Of a DNA stretch of 64,000 bases, positions 1 to 9,404 are shown piece by piece; the first letter of the stretch is position 1; each line of letters begins with the position of its first letter. This DNA comes from a virus. Taxonomy: Duplodnaviria > Heunggongvirae > Uroviricota > Caudoviricetes. The stretch spans positions 25,787 to 89,786 of the IMG/VR virus record IMGVR_UViG_3300029288_003766. One strand, written 5' to 3'. The position numbers and the translations under genes were made by a program. Below the pieces are notes generated by a model. The model saw only the letters and a list, made by a program, of their open reading frames with translations. It was not told the origin of the DNA and did no database searches.

Positions 1-282
1 GCTCTTGCAACCTTTGACTAGTTGAAGCAAGAAAGGGTAAAGTGTAGGTTCTCCTCCGCTAAATCTCACATTGGTTAGTTTTTGATCACATAAGTTCTCT
101 AATGTTTCTTGGACATAGGATAGAGGCAGCTCTCCCTTGTTTTTCATCCCTCGGCAGTAGGGGCATTTAAAATTACACTTGTCTGTTAACAAGATCTCAG
201 CCCGCATAATAGGAGAAGTAGTGCTTACAGATCTAGCTCTGTCTTCTGATAAAGTATAGAATCCTATGTTATCTAATTTCAT
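1..282 (-). CDS. Radical SAM domain protein (N-terminal part, gene runs off window start)
   Basis: Start codon on the minus strand at 280-282. N-term MKLDNIGFYTLSEDRARS... contains CNFKCPYC (CxxxCxxC Fe-S/SAM motif) and FSGGEPTL glycine-rich SAM motif. Start overlaps upstream stop as ATGA. Confidence 0.6.
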   Translation of the reverse strand, partial: MKLDNIGFYTLSEDRARSVSTTSPIMRAEILLTDKCNFKCPYCRGMKNKGELPLSYVQETLENLCDQKLTNVRFSGGEPTLYPFLLQLVKGCKS

Positions 283-842
283 TCTTTCTCCAAATACTTC
301 TTGCCGGCAGCCATTCCAGCTTCATAGGTATTATATCTATCAGGTAAATCATAATTACCTACTCGTACATACCAATGAGTTCCATTCTCCCACTGTTTAA
401 CTATAATATCTTTTTCTGTCATCTCACAAGGGAATACAAAATCAGATTTTTCGCATTGTTCAAGTATAGTATGATATTTTGGGTCAAACCAGCAAAAACC
501 TATTCCAGTTGGGTTTATTAATAATTTTTCACCAGCTAACACCAAATCTAATTTAGTTTTATTAAATGCATCACTTATGGTGCAAATATCATCTGCCATA
601 GTTTTATTACCATGATCTCGTATAAAAAGGTTATGGACTGCATATTCTTCATTATTACTAACGTAATGGCCAAGTCGATCCCCATATTTTGTATGTTTAT
701 GTTTTAACTCAAAATAGGCTCTTATTAGTTGAGGGCTTTTAGCGTCGAAATACTCAAATAAATCTAGAGGAGTTTCAATTAGTAATGCCCAATATGATTC
801 ATTATTAAGGTAACTGGCGGCTACTTTAACAAACTTAAACAT
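279..842 (-). CDS. hypothetical protein (187 aa)
   Basis: Long ORF tightly packed in the leftward operon; no recognisable motif. Confidence 0.5.
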   Translation of the reverse strand: MFKFVKVAASYLNNESYWALLIETPLDLFEYFDAKSPQLIRAYFELKHKHTKYGDRLGHYVSNNEEYAVHNLFIRDHGNKTMADDICTISDAFNKTKLDLVLAGEKLLINPTGIGFCWFDPKYHTILEQCEKSDFVFPCEMTEKDIIVKQWENGTHWYVRVGNYDLPDRYNTYEAGMAAGKKYLEKE

Positions 843-854
843 TCTGTTCTCCGT

Positions 855-1118
855 TTAAAAATCAACTTCACACTTGTTATATTTATTAGGCTGAAAGTTA
901 TTAACCTTTCTGCATCCATCTCTCTTAGCCACAGTTTCTCCGTCTATCCACCTTATTAGTAATGAGTGGGGTTTATTAAGGCAGCAACATTGAAACCCGC
1001 CTGTACCACAAACTAGCCAAACACACGTATCTTTTCCTTTTCCAGGTTTACAGAATTTCTTTACTTCTTTATCATTTAAAAATATGTCTGTGCTAAAATC
1101 ATCAATGATTGCTTTCAT
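855..1118 (-). CDS. hypothetical Cys-rich small protein (87 aa)
   Basis: ORF with multiple Cys (CKPGKGKDTC, CCC), immediately downstream of rtcB in same orientation. Confidence 0.45.
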   Translation of the reverse strand: MKAIIDDFSTDIFLNDKEVKKFCKPGKGKDTCVWLVCGTGGFQCCCLNKPHSLLIRWIDGETVAKRDGCRKVNNFQPNKYNKCEVDF

Positions 1119-1119
1119 T

Positions 1120-2427
1120 TTAGTCTCCTTTGATAACAGCCATTGGGCTTAACTCAACTAGGATTTCAACAAGATCATTTTGGTTGGCCATAACTTCTGA
1201 AATATCCTTATACGCTCCTGAGGCCTCATCCAAATTTTTCTGAGTTCTCACCCCATGGACAATGCCTTGATCATCAAGCTTCTTCTGCTCTTCTTCAAGG
1301 TTAAGTGTCTTGCAGGCCTGGTTTCTGCCCATCTTCCTACCTGCTCCGTGTGAGCAGCTCTCAAAGCTGTCTTTATTGCCGAGGCCTTTAACGATATATG
1401 ATTTGGTGCCCTGAGATCCCGGTATGATTCCTAGTTCACTGGTCTTAGCTGATGTAGCTCCCTTCCTGTGGACCATAACGTTTGAACCAAAATGGTTTTC
1501 AAGACGAGCATAATTGTGGGCTATGTTTATTTCACTTACAAAAGCAGACATTTCTATCTTTTCACCGCTCATTACTTTTTCTTTTATAAAAATATCCTGA
1601 AATATGCTTATAATTCTCTTCATCATCAGCTTCCTGTTTGCCAAAGCAAAGTCAATGCAATACTGCATTTCAGCTAGATAATTTTGTCCTTCTCTACTAT
1701 CTAATGGAAGAAAGGCCAATGAGTCTTCTTTCTTTTTAGGCAAGTGTGTGTTAGAAAACCAATTGATGTTTAAATTATACGCTAATTCATTATAATGTTT
1801 GGCTACTTTATAGCCTAAGTTTCGACTACCCGAATGGATCATAATCCAAACATTATTTTCATTATCTTTTTGAATTTCTATAAAATGATTGCCCGAACCA
1901 AGCGTGCCTAATTGGAATAGGGCATCAACATACTCGCCGGCAACAATAGGAATATTATATTCTTTAATTTCTTTATCAGGCATATCCGATTCTTTTTGAG
2001 CTTGTTTCTGGTGGTCAAACCCCACTGGAATAACTTCTCTTATCTTACCCATAATCTTCTTAAGAGTTTCTTTGTCTAGCTGATCTACTTTAAGAGAAGT
2101 CTTAACAGCGCACATACCACAACCTATATCCACTCCAACTGCATTAGGCACCACCACTCCTTCAGTGGCCAATACACCACCTATAGGCATACCGTAACCG
2201 CTATGGCAATCCGGCATAATAGCAATATGGTGAAAAGCAAAAGGTAGCCTAGCAAGATTAAGTATCTGTTCCCTGGCTGATTCCTCTACGCCCATATGAT
2301 GTATAGCACTCTCTTTTGTTTGGGGAAGTTCCGGCGGATATGACCAGCTCTCTCCCCATTTCAACCATAATTTAATTGGCACTTTTATTTTGTTGTCGAG
2401 TCCAGTAAAATCTATTTCACTTATCAT
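1120..2427 (-). CDS. rtcB: RNA-splicing ligase RtcB (3'-phosphate/5'-OH RNA ligase)
   Basis: 435 aa with hallmark RtcB motifs: MPDCHSGYG, GVDIGCGM, LGTLGSGNHFIEIQ, HSGSRNLG, HNYA, HRKGAT. Confidence 0.9.
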   Translation of the reverse strand: MISEIDFTGLDNKIKVPIKLWLKWGESWSYPPELPQTKESAIHHMGVEESAREQILNLARLPFAFHHIAIMPDCHSGYGMPIGGVLATEGVVVPNAVGVDIGCGMCAVKTSLKVDQLDKETLKKIMGKIREVIPVGFDHQKQAQKESDMPDKEIKEYNIPIVAGEYVDALFQLGTLGSGNHFIEIQKDNENNVWIMIHSGSRNLGYKVAKHYNELAYNLNINWFSNTHLPKKKEDSLAFLPLDSREGQNYLAEMQYCIDFALANRKLMMKRIISIFQDIFIKEKVMSGEKIEMSAFVSEINIAHNYARLENHFGSNVMVHRKGATSAKTSELGIIPGSQGTKSYIVKGLGNKDSFESCSHGAGRKMGRNQACKTLNLEEEQKKLDDQGIVHGVRTQKNLDEASGAYKDISEVMANQNDLVEILVELSPMAVIKGD

Positions 2428-2433
2428 TTTAGT

Positions 2434-2877
2434 CTATTCCTTTATTTTAACTGAGTGCTTATCAATTACTTTCTTAACAAAATCAAAACATTTTCTGCAT
2501 AGTACATCATTCATATGATTGATCTGGACATATTTCTTCCATTCATCATTCGGCACCATAAATAGATCTGGCCAGAGTTTGCCACATTTGCAACATATAT
2601 TAGGATATACGATATAAGGAACTCTGCCGGCTTTCTCAAGAATATCAATATATTGTTCTTCCTCTTTATCAGATAATCCTTCTTTGTATATTCTAGGAGG
2701 AAGATACGCTGTATCATTGGTATATTTGTGAGTGTCAAATAAATTCATCTTTCGATATACACAATCACAGGTAATAAGCTGACCCCCACAAAATGGACAT
2801 CGTTCCATATCACATCCTAGCTGATGTATCTGGCCTTCCTCTACTCCACAATCATGACATTTATGAGTTTTCTTCAT
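2434..2877 (-). CDS. zinc-finger protein (147 aa), unknown function
   Basis: Several CxxC pairs (CHDCG, CPFCGG, CDC, CCKCG, CRKC); directly upstream of rtcB. Confidence 0.55.
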   Translation of the reverse strand: MKKTHKCHDCGVEEGQIHQLGCDMERCPFCGGQLITCDCVYRKMNLFDTHKYTNDTAYLPPRIYKEGLSDKEEEQYIDILEKAGRVPYIVYPNICCKCGKLWPDLFMVPNDEWKKYVQINHMNDVLCRKCFDFVKKVIDKHSVKIKE

Positions 2878-2888
2878 TTTTCTCCTAT

Positions 2889-3149
2889 TTATAACTTACC
2901 TTTTAACTTTAATAATTTATTTAACACACGGCTATCGGAAACGATTACGGTTTTTTCTATAAAATAACCAATAATCTTGTGTGGAGTATTTGAGGAACCA
3001 TCTTGGCCACAACAAGACTGGCTAACGTTTCCGTTTCTTGCATACTCTTTATAGTGACTCCTATAAAATAAGTCAGCTTCGTAAGTATCTGTTCCTTTAC
3101 ATTTAGAGCACTGCAGCAGGACATAGACTTCTGTCTTATTTTTAATCAT
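2889..3149 (-). CDS. hypothetical Cys-containing small protein (86 aa)
   Basis: ORF in operon orientation with CSKCKG and SQSCCGQ motifs. Confidence 0.45.
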   Translation of the reverse strand: MIKNKTEVYVLLQCSKCKGTDTYEADLFYRSHYKEYARNGNVSQSCCGQDGSSNTPHKIIGYFIEKTVIVSDSRVLNKLLKLKGKL

Positions 3150-3164
3150 AATTTCCCCTCTTTG

Positions 3165-3929
3165 TTAAGTGAAAATCATATTCCCTTCTTGATGATAAAC
3201 ATGATCCTCATTTAACATCTTCTTCCAGTTCTCTTTTGTAGTTTTTGAACTACCAAAAGTTGTAGCATTATCTTCTGCCCAGGCACATAGCTCATCCAAG
3301 CTCTTAAACACTGGAGATATAGGTGATCCTTCGGAACAGTTTTCCCATAGTTGATATCCTTCTCCTTTAGGTGGTTCTATCTGCTCCCAAGATTCATAAA
3401 GTTCCTCATATTTTTCCTCACACCAATAATGCCCGTCACCTTTACACAGAGGACACTTACCATAGAAACCAAGTCTTTTAGCTCGGGCTTCTACACAGAT
3501 CCATTTGTTCATTGTATCGTGCCCAAATCCGTTGCGCGACCACTTGTTTACCTCCTCTGCAGTAGGTATATACCCGTTATCAGTCGGCAACCAACTATTA
3601 CCACCGTCAGCAACCTTCTTCTTAACTATCTCTACTTGCTCAGGTGTCCTGGGGACACGCGTAAAATCCATCAACCTTCCAGCATCTATCAAGGCCTGCA
3701 CATCTTCTTGATTGAGATTGTGGCCCCATCCTTCTTTATCATCAGTCCTTGAATGGGTATACCAGTCATCACTTAATTTCTTAGTTTTTTTATTGAGACC
3801 ACTGCCGTCGCATAACTTACATTCAATAGGATCATAGGGATTCATATATCCTTTCCAAACAATATCCAACGGCCAGTTAAAATCTAATGGCACACGCTTT
3901 AGTTCTCTGCTCATTTTAACTCCTCCCAT
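3165..3929 (-). CDS. hypothetical phage protein (254 aa)
   Basis: Long ORF with Trp/Cys-rich composition (CKLCDGSG, CPLCKGDGHYWC); no family recognised. Confidence 0.55.
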   Translation of the reverse strand: MGGVKMSRELKRVPLDFNWPLDIVWKGYMNPYDPIECKLCDGSGLNKKTKKLSDDWYTHSRTDDKEGWGHNLNQEDVQALIDAGRLMDFTRVPRTPEQVEIVKKKVADGGNSWLPTDNGYIPTAEEVNKWSRNGFGHDTMNKWICVEARAKRLGFYGKCPLCKGDGHYWCEEKYEELYESWEQIEPPKGEGYQLWENCSEGSPISPVFKSLDELCAWAEDNATTFGSSKTTKENWKKMLNEDHVYHQEGNMIFT

Positions 3930-4296
3930 CCGTAACGAACTCGGGGCTTTCCACCAGATCCTTTGCTTCTTTCAACCCAATTGGTAGCTCGCCGCGAATA
4001 TATTTTATAGCATCAATTTTTGCAATGTTGGGGGTGGTAACGTTGCCGGCCATAAGATTACGGATTGTACTAAATTGTGTCCGGGTTAGGCGGTGTTCAA
4101 GGCAACCTACTTTTATTACAATTCCCTGATCTAGAGCATTGGTAAGATCTCGTACATCATCAGTAATATTATTTTTGCTGTAGCCGATATATTGATATTT
4201 CTCTATTTTATCAGCTAACTGCTGTCTATCTTCCATGCTTGGCAAAGCAATTAACATCCCTAACTGCACCCCAGTGATTGCGTATCTACCGGCCAT
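3916..4296 (-). CDS. protein with ribosomal L7/L12 C-terminal-like domain
   Basis: C-terminus IKYIRGELPIGLKEAKDLVESPEF resembles the L7/L12 CTD consensus (..GLGLKEAKDLVE..). Overlaps the upstream gene by 14 nt. Confidence 0.5.
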   Translation of the reverse strand: MAGRYAITGVQLGMLIALPSMEDRQQLADKIEKYQYIGYSKNNITDDVRDLTNALDQGIVIKVGCLEHRLTRTQFSTIRNLMAGNVTTPNIAKIDAIKYIRGELPIGLKEAKDLVESPEFVTDGRS

Positions 4297-4482
4297 GACC
4301 GCCTCCTTTAGCTTTTACTCTAACCCTTACCTGCAATATACCCCAACACCAACATTCCTATGTATCCCATCATTGTACCCCAACATAGTATAATATTAAC
4401 TATATCTACTTTGCAGTTTCTTATTTGGTTAACCAATAAGCAAACCAAACCAGCTATTACTAATAATACTGCTCCTAACATT

Positions 4483-4761
4483 TTATGCCTCCATATTATA
4501 CAGTTTATCTATGACCAACTGCATCCGTTCTCTTCCTGATGGGTTCATACTTACTATTACTATTTTTCCGGGTAGATACTGTAAGTTTTGTTCTAACCAG
4601 CACAAAATGTCATAGCCTGTCTTAGGATCGTACCCTAAATCATGATCTAAATAAACTACATCCCATTTCTCTTCTTTAAGGGCATTGATTGCTTCATCGT
4701 AGGTTCTTACAGTCTTGCAACAGCCGAAATTTCGCACATCATCTATCAATAAATCTTTCAT
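4483..4761 (-). CDS. receiver-like (CheY-fold-like) small protein, possibly cyclic-phosphate-processing receiver-type
   Basis: 92 aa with LLIDDVRNF ... DVVYLDHDLG ... GYDIL spacing reminiscent of a divergent receiver domain. Confidence 0.4.
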   Translation of the reverse strand: MKDLLIDDVRNFGCCKTVRTYDEAINALKEEKWDVVYLDHDLGYDPKTGYDILCWLEQNLQYLPGKIVIVSMNPSGRERMQLVIDKLYNMEA

Positions 4762-5501
4762 TACTTCTCCTGTTTCATTTCTTTTGTGATGTTAAAACTT
4801 CTTAATCTCTTATTAAAATCTTTCCTCACCTCAGGTAAATATTGATTTTTTTGAATCAGTTTATAAAGTATGGGGTCTCCTAATCTGATTCTCTGCTCCA
4901 GCTCTTTTACTCTCTTGCTAATGTAGGTCTCACCCGGCAACCCCCTCAGCATATCTCCCATTATTAATAAGATCCTATGAACCAAAGCCTGTTGGTAAGC
5001 CATAGTCATATCGTGAACTTTTCGGTTAGAGAACCAAACTATTTGTGAATCAGTAATTTCTTTTACGGCATTGACTAATCTTAGACTGCCAATCCATTGG
5101 TCATAATCGATTAAAGCAACACTGCGATCTTTTTTGTCCGGGGTATTTGAAGGGCGGAATAGGATATGCATAGAGAGTAATATGAAATCGGACTTTATAG
5201 CGTTCTTCCAAATCTCTTTATATATCTTCTCTTTTAAAGAGCATTGCTCAATGACTGTCTTAAATCTTATATATTTAGCATACTTCTTAAACCAAGCCAC
5301 TGTATCTTGCATTGGAATACAGAGGAATATCACGTCAGATTTTTTGATCCTAGCAATTTTCTCTTGTTCTGTTTCATTAATATCAAAACACCAAATATCC
5401 TTTGCCTTCGGCATTGATCTTAATAGTCCTTGGAGTATGAACGATCCTATCTCACCTTTGTAGCCCACTACTAATGGAGCTTTGAACGGCATCTCTTGCA
5501 T
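4761..5501 (-). CDS. Rossmann-fold NAD(P)-binding protein (prephenate/arogenate dehydrogenase-like N-terminus)
   Basis: N-terminal VVGYKGEIGSFILQGL fits a GxGxxG dinucleotide-binding loop; 246 aa. Confidence 0.45.
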   Translation of the reverse strand: MQEMPFKAPLVVGYKGEIGSFILQGLLRSMPKAKDIWCFDINETEQEKIARIKKSDVIFLCIPMQDTVAWFKKYAKYIRFKTVIEQCSLKEKIYKEIWKNAIKSDFILLSMHILFRPSNTPDKKDRSVALIDYDQWIGSLRLVNAVKEITDSQIVWFSNRKVHDMTMAYQQALVHRILLIMGDMLRGLPGETYISKRVKELEQRIRLGDPILYKLIQKNQYLPEVRKDFNKRLRSFNITKEMKQEK

Positions 5502-5513
5502 TTTATTTCTCCT

Positions 5514-5849
5514 TTACTGCGCTATATGCTCCCAAGTAACCTGCCACATATCTATATACCAATTTTTGTATGATAGCCTATATTGAAAATTTCCGTCTTC
5601 AATTCTTAATAGCTTTTGGAATTTATTTGGTTTCTTGCCGGATTTAACAAATACTTCTTTTATTGATGCTCCTTTATAAGTAGTATCCTCACCATAATTC
5701 TTCTTGTACTTTTTGATCAACCCTGAAAATATTTTGCTGGGGATTATTTGTATTGTTTGATTATTCATATCACAAACAATATTAGCATTTTTTCCATCAT
5801 CCCAAATATATAGTGCTTCTGGATTTGATGAACATCTGATGTAACTCAT
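5514..5849 (-). CDS. hypothetical protein (111 aa)
   Basis: ORF in operon orientation, 4-nt overlap with downstream gene. Confidence 0.45.
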   Translation of the reverse strand: MSYIRCSSNPEALYIWDDGKNANIVCDMNNQTIQIIPSKIFSGLIKKYKKNYGEDTTYKGASIKEVFVKSGKKPNKFQKLLRIEDGNFQYRLSYKNWYIDMWQVTWEHIAQ

Positions 5850-6064
5850 TTTACCCTTATGTTTAGCTCAGTCTTACAAAATCTCTTAAACGACATAGGT
5901 TTTCTTCTAAACAGCCGTTGTATCTTTTTCTCAGCCTGGTTGCTTTTATGCCTATTGTCATAGATCCGGGATAGCAGATCCATTGCAAAGGCCTTATCGT
6001 TGCTTAGTGTTAATATCATATCTGGAACGCAGCAATAAGTTTTATTCTTTCTCTTCTTCACCAT
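5846..6064 (-). CDS. hypothetical protein (72 aa)
   Basis: Small ORF, translationally coupled to neighbour. Confidence 0.4.
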   Translation of the reverse strand: MVKKRKNKTYCCVPDMILTLSNDKAFAMDLLSRIYDNRHKSNQAEKKIQRLFRRKPMSFKRFCKTELNIRVK

Positions 6065-6120
6065 ACCCTCCTAGTATTCCTTATTATATTACCATTTTAC
6101 GGTTTGTCAAGTCTTTTTTA

Positions 6121-6363
6121 TCAAACAATCTTTCCTACTGTAGCAGAGAGATAACAATACAACCGTTGTTTGAATTTTTCCCACATATCATATATATGGC
6201 CTGATCGATGGAATCCTGCTATTACTTTACCCCCCAATATCTCTTTGCCACTGTATTCAAAACTTCCCAGTTGATCTAATATCTGCTGTACAAATTCCTG
6301 CGGATGGTCCTTTATTTCGGCAACCTGATCATGATTAAGCTCTATTATGGTTGTATTACCCAT
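6121..6363 (-). CDS. hypothetical protein (80 aa)
   Basis: Small ORF in operon orientation. Confidence 0.4.
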   Translation of the reverse strand: MGNTTIIELNHDQVAEIKDHPQEFVQQILDQLGSFEYSGKEILGGKVIAGFHRSGHIYDMWEKFKQRLYCYLSATVGKIV

Positions 6364-6720
6364 CTAAACCTCCCTGAACTTCATTTCTAGGTATCTAATC
6401 ATATACTTGGCGTAGCTTTTTAGAATTTCTTTCCCCTCAAACATAAAAGTTTTTCCATCTTCAGTGCTTTCATAGATCTCCTTAAATTTCTTAAATTTAT
6501 CCGGGGTAAAGGTAATATTTTCCATTTTGGTCTCTTCCTTTGGTTGAGGAGGCACCTCAATTGAAGTAATATATTTTATGGGTACAGTATTAAACAAGCT
6601 TTCATCATCTTTTGGGATTCTTCTTGCCCTACCTCTATAAAATTGTAATTTTTGTCCCCAGGTCAACAGCATCTGATACATTCCAGCACCCGGCTTCTTG
6701 AAATTAATCCTGATGTGCAT
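6364..6720 (-). CDS. hypothetical protein (118 aa)
   Basis: ORF abutting neighbours. Confidence 0.45.
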   Translation of the reverse strand: MHIRINFKKPGAGMYQMLLTWGQKLQFYRGRARRIPKDDESLFNTVPIKYITSIEVPPQPKEETKMENITFTPDKFKKFKEIYESTEDGKTFMFEGKEILKSYAKYMIRYLEMKFREV

Positions 6721-7213
6721 CTGTTTCCTCCTCTGTTGTAGTTAATTTTGGTGTTTCATTCACCCTGCGCGGATGCAGATTGCATTTAGTACGCCGGCAG
6801 CCTTTGCAGGTTTTTTTATTTGAGCAATTTGGTATGTGGATTAACAACCCCAAATGATAACGGATCTTTATACCAAGAGAGTTAAGTCTATTCTCTTCCT
6901 TCAAGTATATATCATGATCTGGAGTTCCAACAGCTCTTATGAGTTTTTCAAAGTTTTCATCATATTCTGCTGAAACCCTCCGCATGTCTTCAACTGTATA
7001 CTTATCATTGTGCTGAGGTAGCTTGCGGTGGGAGTTAAATATTTTCATCCATGGATCAACATCAAATTTAAACTTCCTATGCTGTTGTTGATATATAGGT
7101 GATCCTTTTATAGCTGTTTTCTCAACCTCTTTTCCGCATTTTTTGCATATCTTATTAATTATAGAATTGATAGTCCCGCATTCACAAGTTGACCAACGAA
7201 GATAATTTCGCAT
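6704..7213 (-). CDS. zinc-ribbon protein (169 aa)
   Basis: N-terminal YLRWSTCECG..ICKKCGK zinc ribbon. The same motif recurs in an unlisted 41-aa ORF on the minus strand at about 7441-7566. Confidence 0.5.
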   Translation of the reverse strand: MRNYLRWSTCECGTINSIINKICKKCGKEVEKTAIKGSPIYQQQHRKFKFDVDPWMKIFNSHRKLPQHNDKYTVEDMRRVSAEYDENFEKLIRAVGTPDHDIYLKEENRLNSLGIKIRYHLGLLIHIPNCSNKKTCKGCRRTKCNLHPRRVNETPKLTTTEEETDAHQD

Positions 7214-7223
7214 TATGATTTAC

Positions 7224-7439
7224 CTACCTTTCTAGTATAACAAAGCTGCCAAATTCTCTATCAAATACCTTAACCACATTTTCATAGTCTCCTGACATCA
7301 TTTCATTTTGAATAGGGCCAAAATCTTTACCCATCTGCTTACAGAAACGTCTCGCGTATCCCATAAGGCAGAAAGCGTTACCATCTGGTCCGGTTAGGTC
7401 TATCCTAATCTTTTTGTTTGCTCTCTTCTTTACAATCAT
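7224..7439 (-). CDS. hypothetical protein (71 aa)
   Basis: Small ORF in operon orientation. Confidence 0.4.
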   Translation of the reverse strand: MIVKKRANKKIRIDLTGPDGNAFCLMGYARRFCKQMGKDFGPIQNEMMSGDYENVVKVFDREFGSFVILER

Positions 7440-7557
7440 TTAGCCTCCTTCTTTATCCTTATTACTTTTTTACCGCATGCTCGGCAAATTTTCACATACC
7501 AGGCAGCGTTGAGTTCTCCGCATTTACATCTTGACCAGCGGAGATAATGAATCTTTT

Positions 7558-7995
7558 TCATTTTTCCTCTTTTTCTAATTCAACTTCATATTCTGTAATT
7601 CTTTTCCAGTCGTGAGTATTTCCTCTTTTCCAGAATTGAACGATCCTTAGATCATAGCAGTTCTCTGTATCACCTACACAGCCATGGCCCGGAGGATCTC
7701 CATAATGAACTGGTGGAAAGTGGCCTTTATCCTCCTCTTTAAGCCAATTCCTCATTACTGATGAGAATGACTCAGAGTGCCTGTTAAAGATTTGTTCCAT
7801 AACAGACCAGTTCATTTCTACTAAGAACCTAGTATGGCAATCTTGGCAAGAGATCTCTAGCAGGACTACTTCTTCTGCGTAGATGTTAGGAGATAGGCCT
7901 GGATGGAATACATCGTATCTGGGTACACCGTGACAATCATGCCACTTTGGTTCCTCTTTGATCCTACTTCTAATATCTAAGTAATAAGCGTTCAT
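7558..7995 (-). CDS. hypothetical protein (145 aa)
   Basis: ORF with CQDCH and HGCVG motifs; overlaps next gene by 4 nt. Confidence 0.5.
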   Translation of the reverse strand: MNAYYLDIRSRIKEEPKWHDCHGVPRYDVFHPGLSPNIYAEEVVLLEISCQDCHTRFLVEMNWSVMEQIFNRHSESFSSVMRNWLKEEDKGHFPPVHYGDPPGHGCVGDTENCYDLRIVQFWKRGNTHDWKRITEYEVELEKEEK

Positions 7996-8360
7996 GTTAC
8001 CTCCTTAATCAGCTCAGGATTATCATAGATGTTGCCAATAATCTCCGGGTAGTCTATATCAATTTTTTTAACATGACCTCTTTGGTTTAAACCTTCTTGT
8101 ATTCTTATAGTGCAAAAATCTGCCTGTATATCGAAACTTGCAACGCCCTCATCGTATTTAACTTCATAAGGTTTTTGACAACCAAATCTCAGTATATCTC
8201 CTTGTGCAATCTCCTTGCCGTTTTTGTCTTTGAGGCCTGTGAATTGCTGAGTTTCTAGTTTATGAAGTAATACCTGGGTGAAAAACAAATCTAATCCGCA
8301 TTTTTCAGAATAAAGCCATTCTCCATTTGCTTGTCTTGCCCTAAATTTTAATTCTCTCAT
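7992..8360 (-). CDS. YopX-family phage protein
   Basis: MRELKFRA... N-terminus and C-terminal IIGNIYDNPELI signature shared with the two YopX-like ORFs at 50610-51439. Confidence 0.7.
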   Translation of the reverse strand: MRELKFRARQANGEWLYSEKCGLDLFFTQVLLHKLETQQFTGLKDKNGKEIAQGDILRFGCQKPYEVKYDEGVASFDIQADFCTIRIQEGLNQRGHVKKIDIDYPEIIGNIYDNPELIKEVT

Positions 8361-8539
8361 CGCTTACTCCTTCTACCAAATTATAATAATTACAGAATAT
8401 CTTCCTTATACAAGGTTCAGCTAAGTAATAACGTTAATGTCCGCATCTTTCTCCTTTTGTTTTTCTCTTTCAAACTCTTTCCATACTGTCTTTAGCCATT
8501 TTCTTATCGAAAAACCAGTGAGTCATTCTACCTCCTCTG

Positions 8540-8827
8540 TTAGCACCTTACAAATTCTATTACTTCGTTATCAACCAAAAAGCTTATTCTTTCAATATTG
8601 ACAGGGTGGCTAAGTAGTTTAGATCTTTCTTCTATATATTTTCTTTTAATCGGTCCTTGTTTAAGATAAAAATTATCTAATCCGTTAATACTTATGTTTG
8701 CCGCAAACTGCTCACCTGAAGTTGCTTCTATGATAGCATTTTTCTTGTTATTATGGTGCTTGTTATGATCAAGAATTAACTTACGCCAGGTATTAAATTC
8801 TCCTACTTTCTCAAATAAATCTTTCAT
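8540..8827 (-). CDS. hypothetical protein (95 aa)
   Basis: ORF in operon orientation. Confidence 0.4.
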   Translation of the reverse strand: MKDLFEKVGEFNTWRKLILDHNKHHNNKKNAIIEATSGEQFAANISINGLDNFYLKQGPIKRKYIEERSKLLSHPVNIERISFLVDNEVIEFVRC

Positions 8828-8838
8828 TTTAGATCCCC

Positions 8839-9048
8839 CTAAATCTTCATCATATTGATGAGATCAGCACCAATTCTTTTCTTATGGCCGTTGAACTGCC
8901 TGGCGCTCTTTTCCATTAGATCTACAAGCTTAAGTTCAAGAGCATGCATTCCGTCGGCTGAGATCTGTCTGTCTCTTTCATTGAAAAATCGTTTGATTTT
9001 ACTTTCTACTAGATAGGCCATTATTTCTCCTCTGTAGGAATTTCCCAA
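8839..9048 (-). CDS. hypothetical protein (69 aa)
   Basis: Small ORF. Confidence 0.35.
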   Translation of the reverse strand: MGNSYRGEIMAYLVESKIKRFFNERDRQISADGMHALELKLVDLMEKSARQFNGHKKRIGADLINMMKI

Positions 9049-9254
9049 ACCTCATCCTTGCTCCGGATCTTTACTCTTTCTCCGAGATGATACCAACCAT
9101 CTTTTAAATTACTAAATCTTTTAATATCAACATAAATATCTTTGTCAATAATTTTGATTTTTGGTTTAACTATCAAGGAACCTATACCCATACCCAGAAA
9201 CAATATTAGAAGCGCTAAAACAATAAAATCTCCTACTGTGCCTTTCCTATTCAT
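9021..9254 (-). CDS. small membrane protein (77 aa)
   Basis: N-terminal hydrophobic helix VLALLILFLGMGIGSLIV. Confidence 0.45.
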   Translation of the reverse strand: MNRKGTVGDFIVLALLILFLGMGIGSLIVKPKIKIIDKDIYVDIKRFSNLKDGWYHLGERVKIRSKDEVWEIPTEEK

Positions 9255-9404
9255 TTAATCCTCCTTTTTGTTTTCGTAGTGTGGTGTGAGCACCAACGCC
9301 CATAGTGGCAAAGCTGAGTGGCAATACCAAATAGCAAAGCCAATGAGAGCGAAAAATGATATATAAATTAAACTAATTCCTATCCATTTCATAATACAAT
9401 CTCC

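Noticed and set aside
1492-1677. Short ORFs antisense to or nested within clearly coding genes (e.g. 1492-1677, 3351-3752, 12226-12819, 17094-17435, 22436-22708, 43155-43541, 47403-47993)
   Set aside because: They overlap strongly supported genes on the opposite strand or in other frames and have low-complexity translations. Judged spurious.
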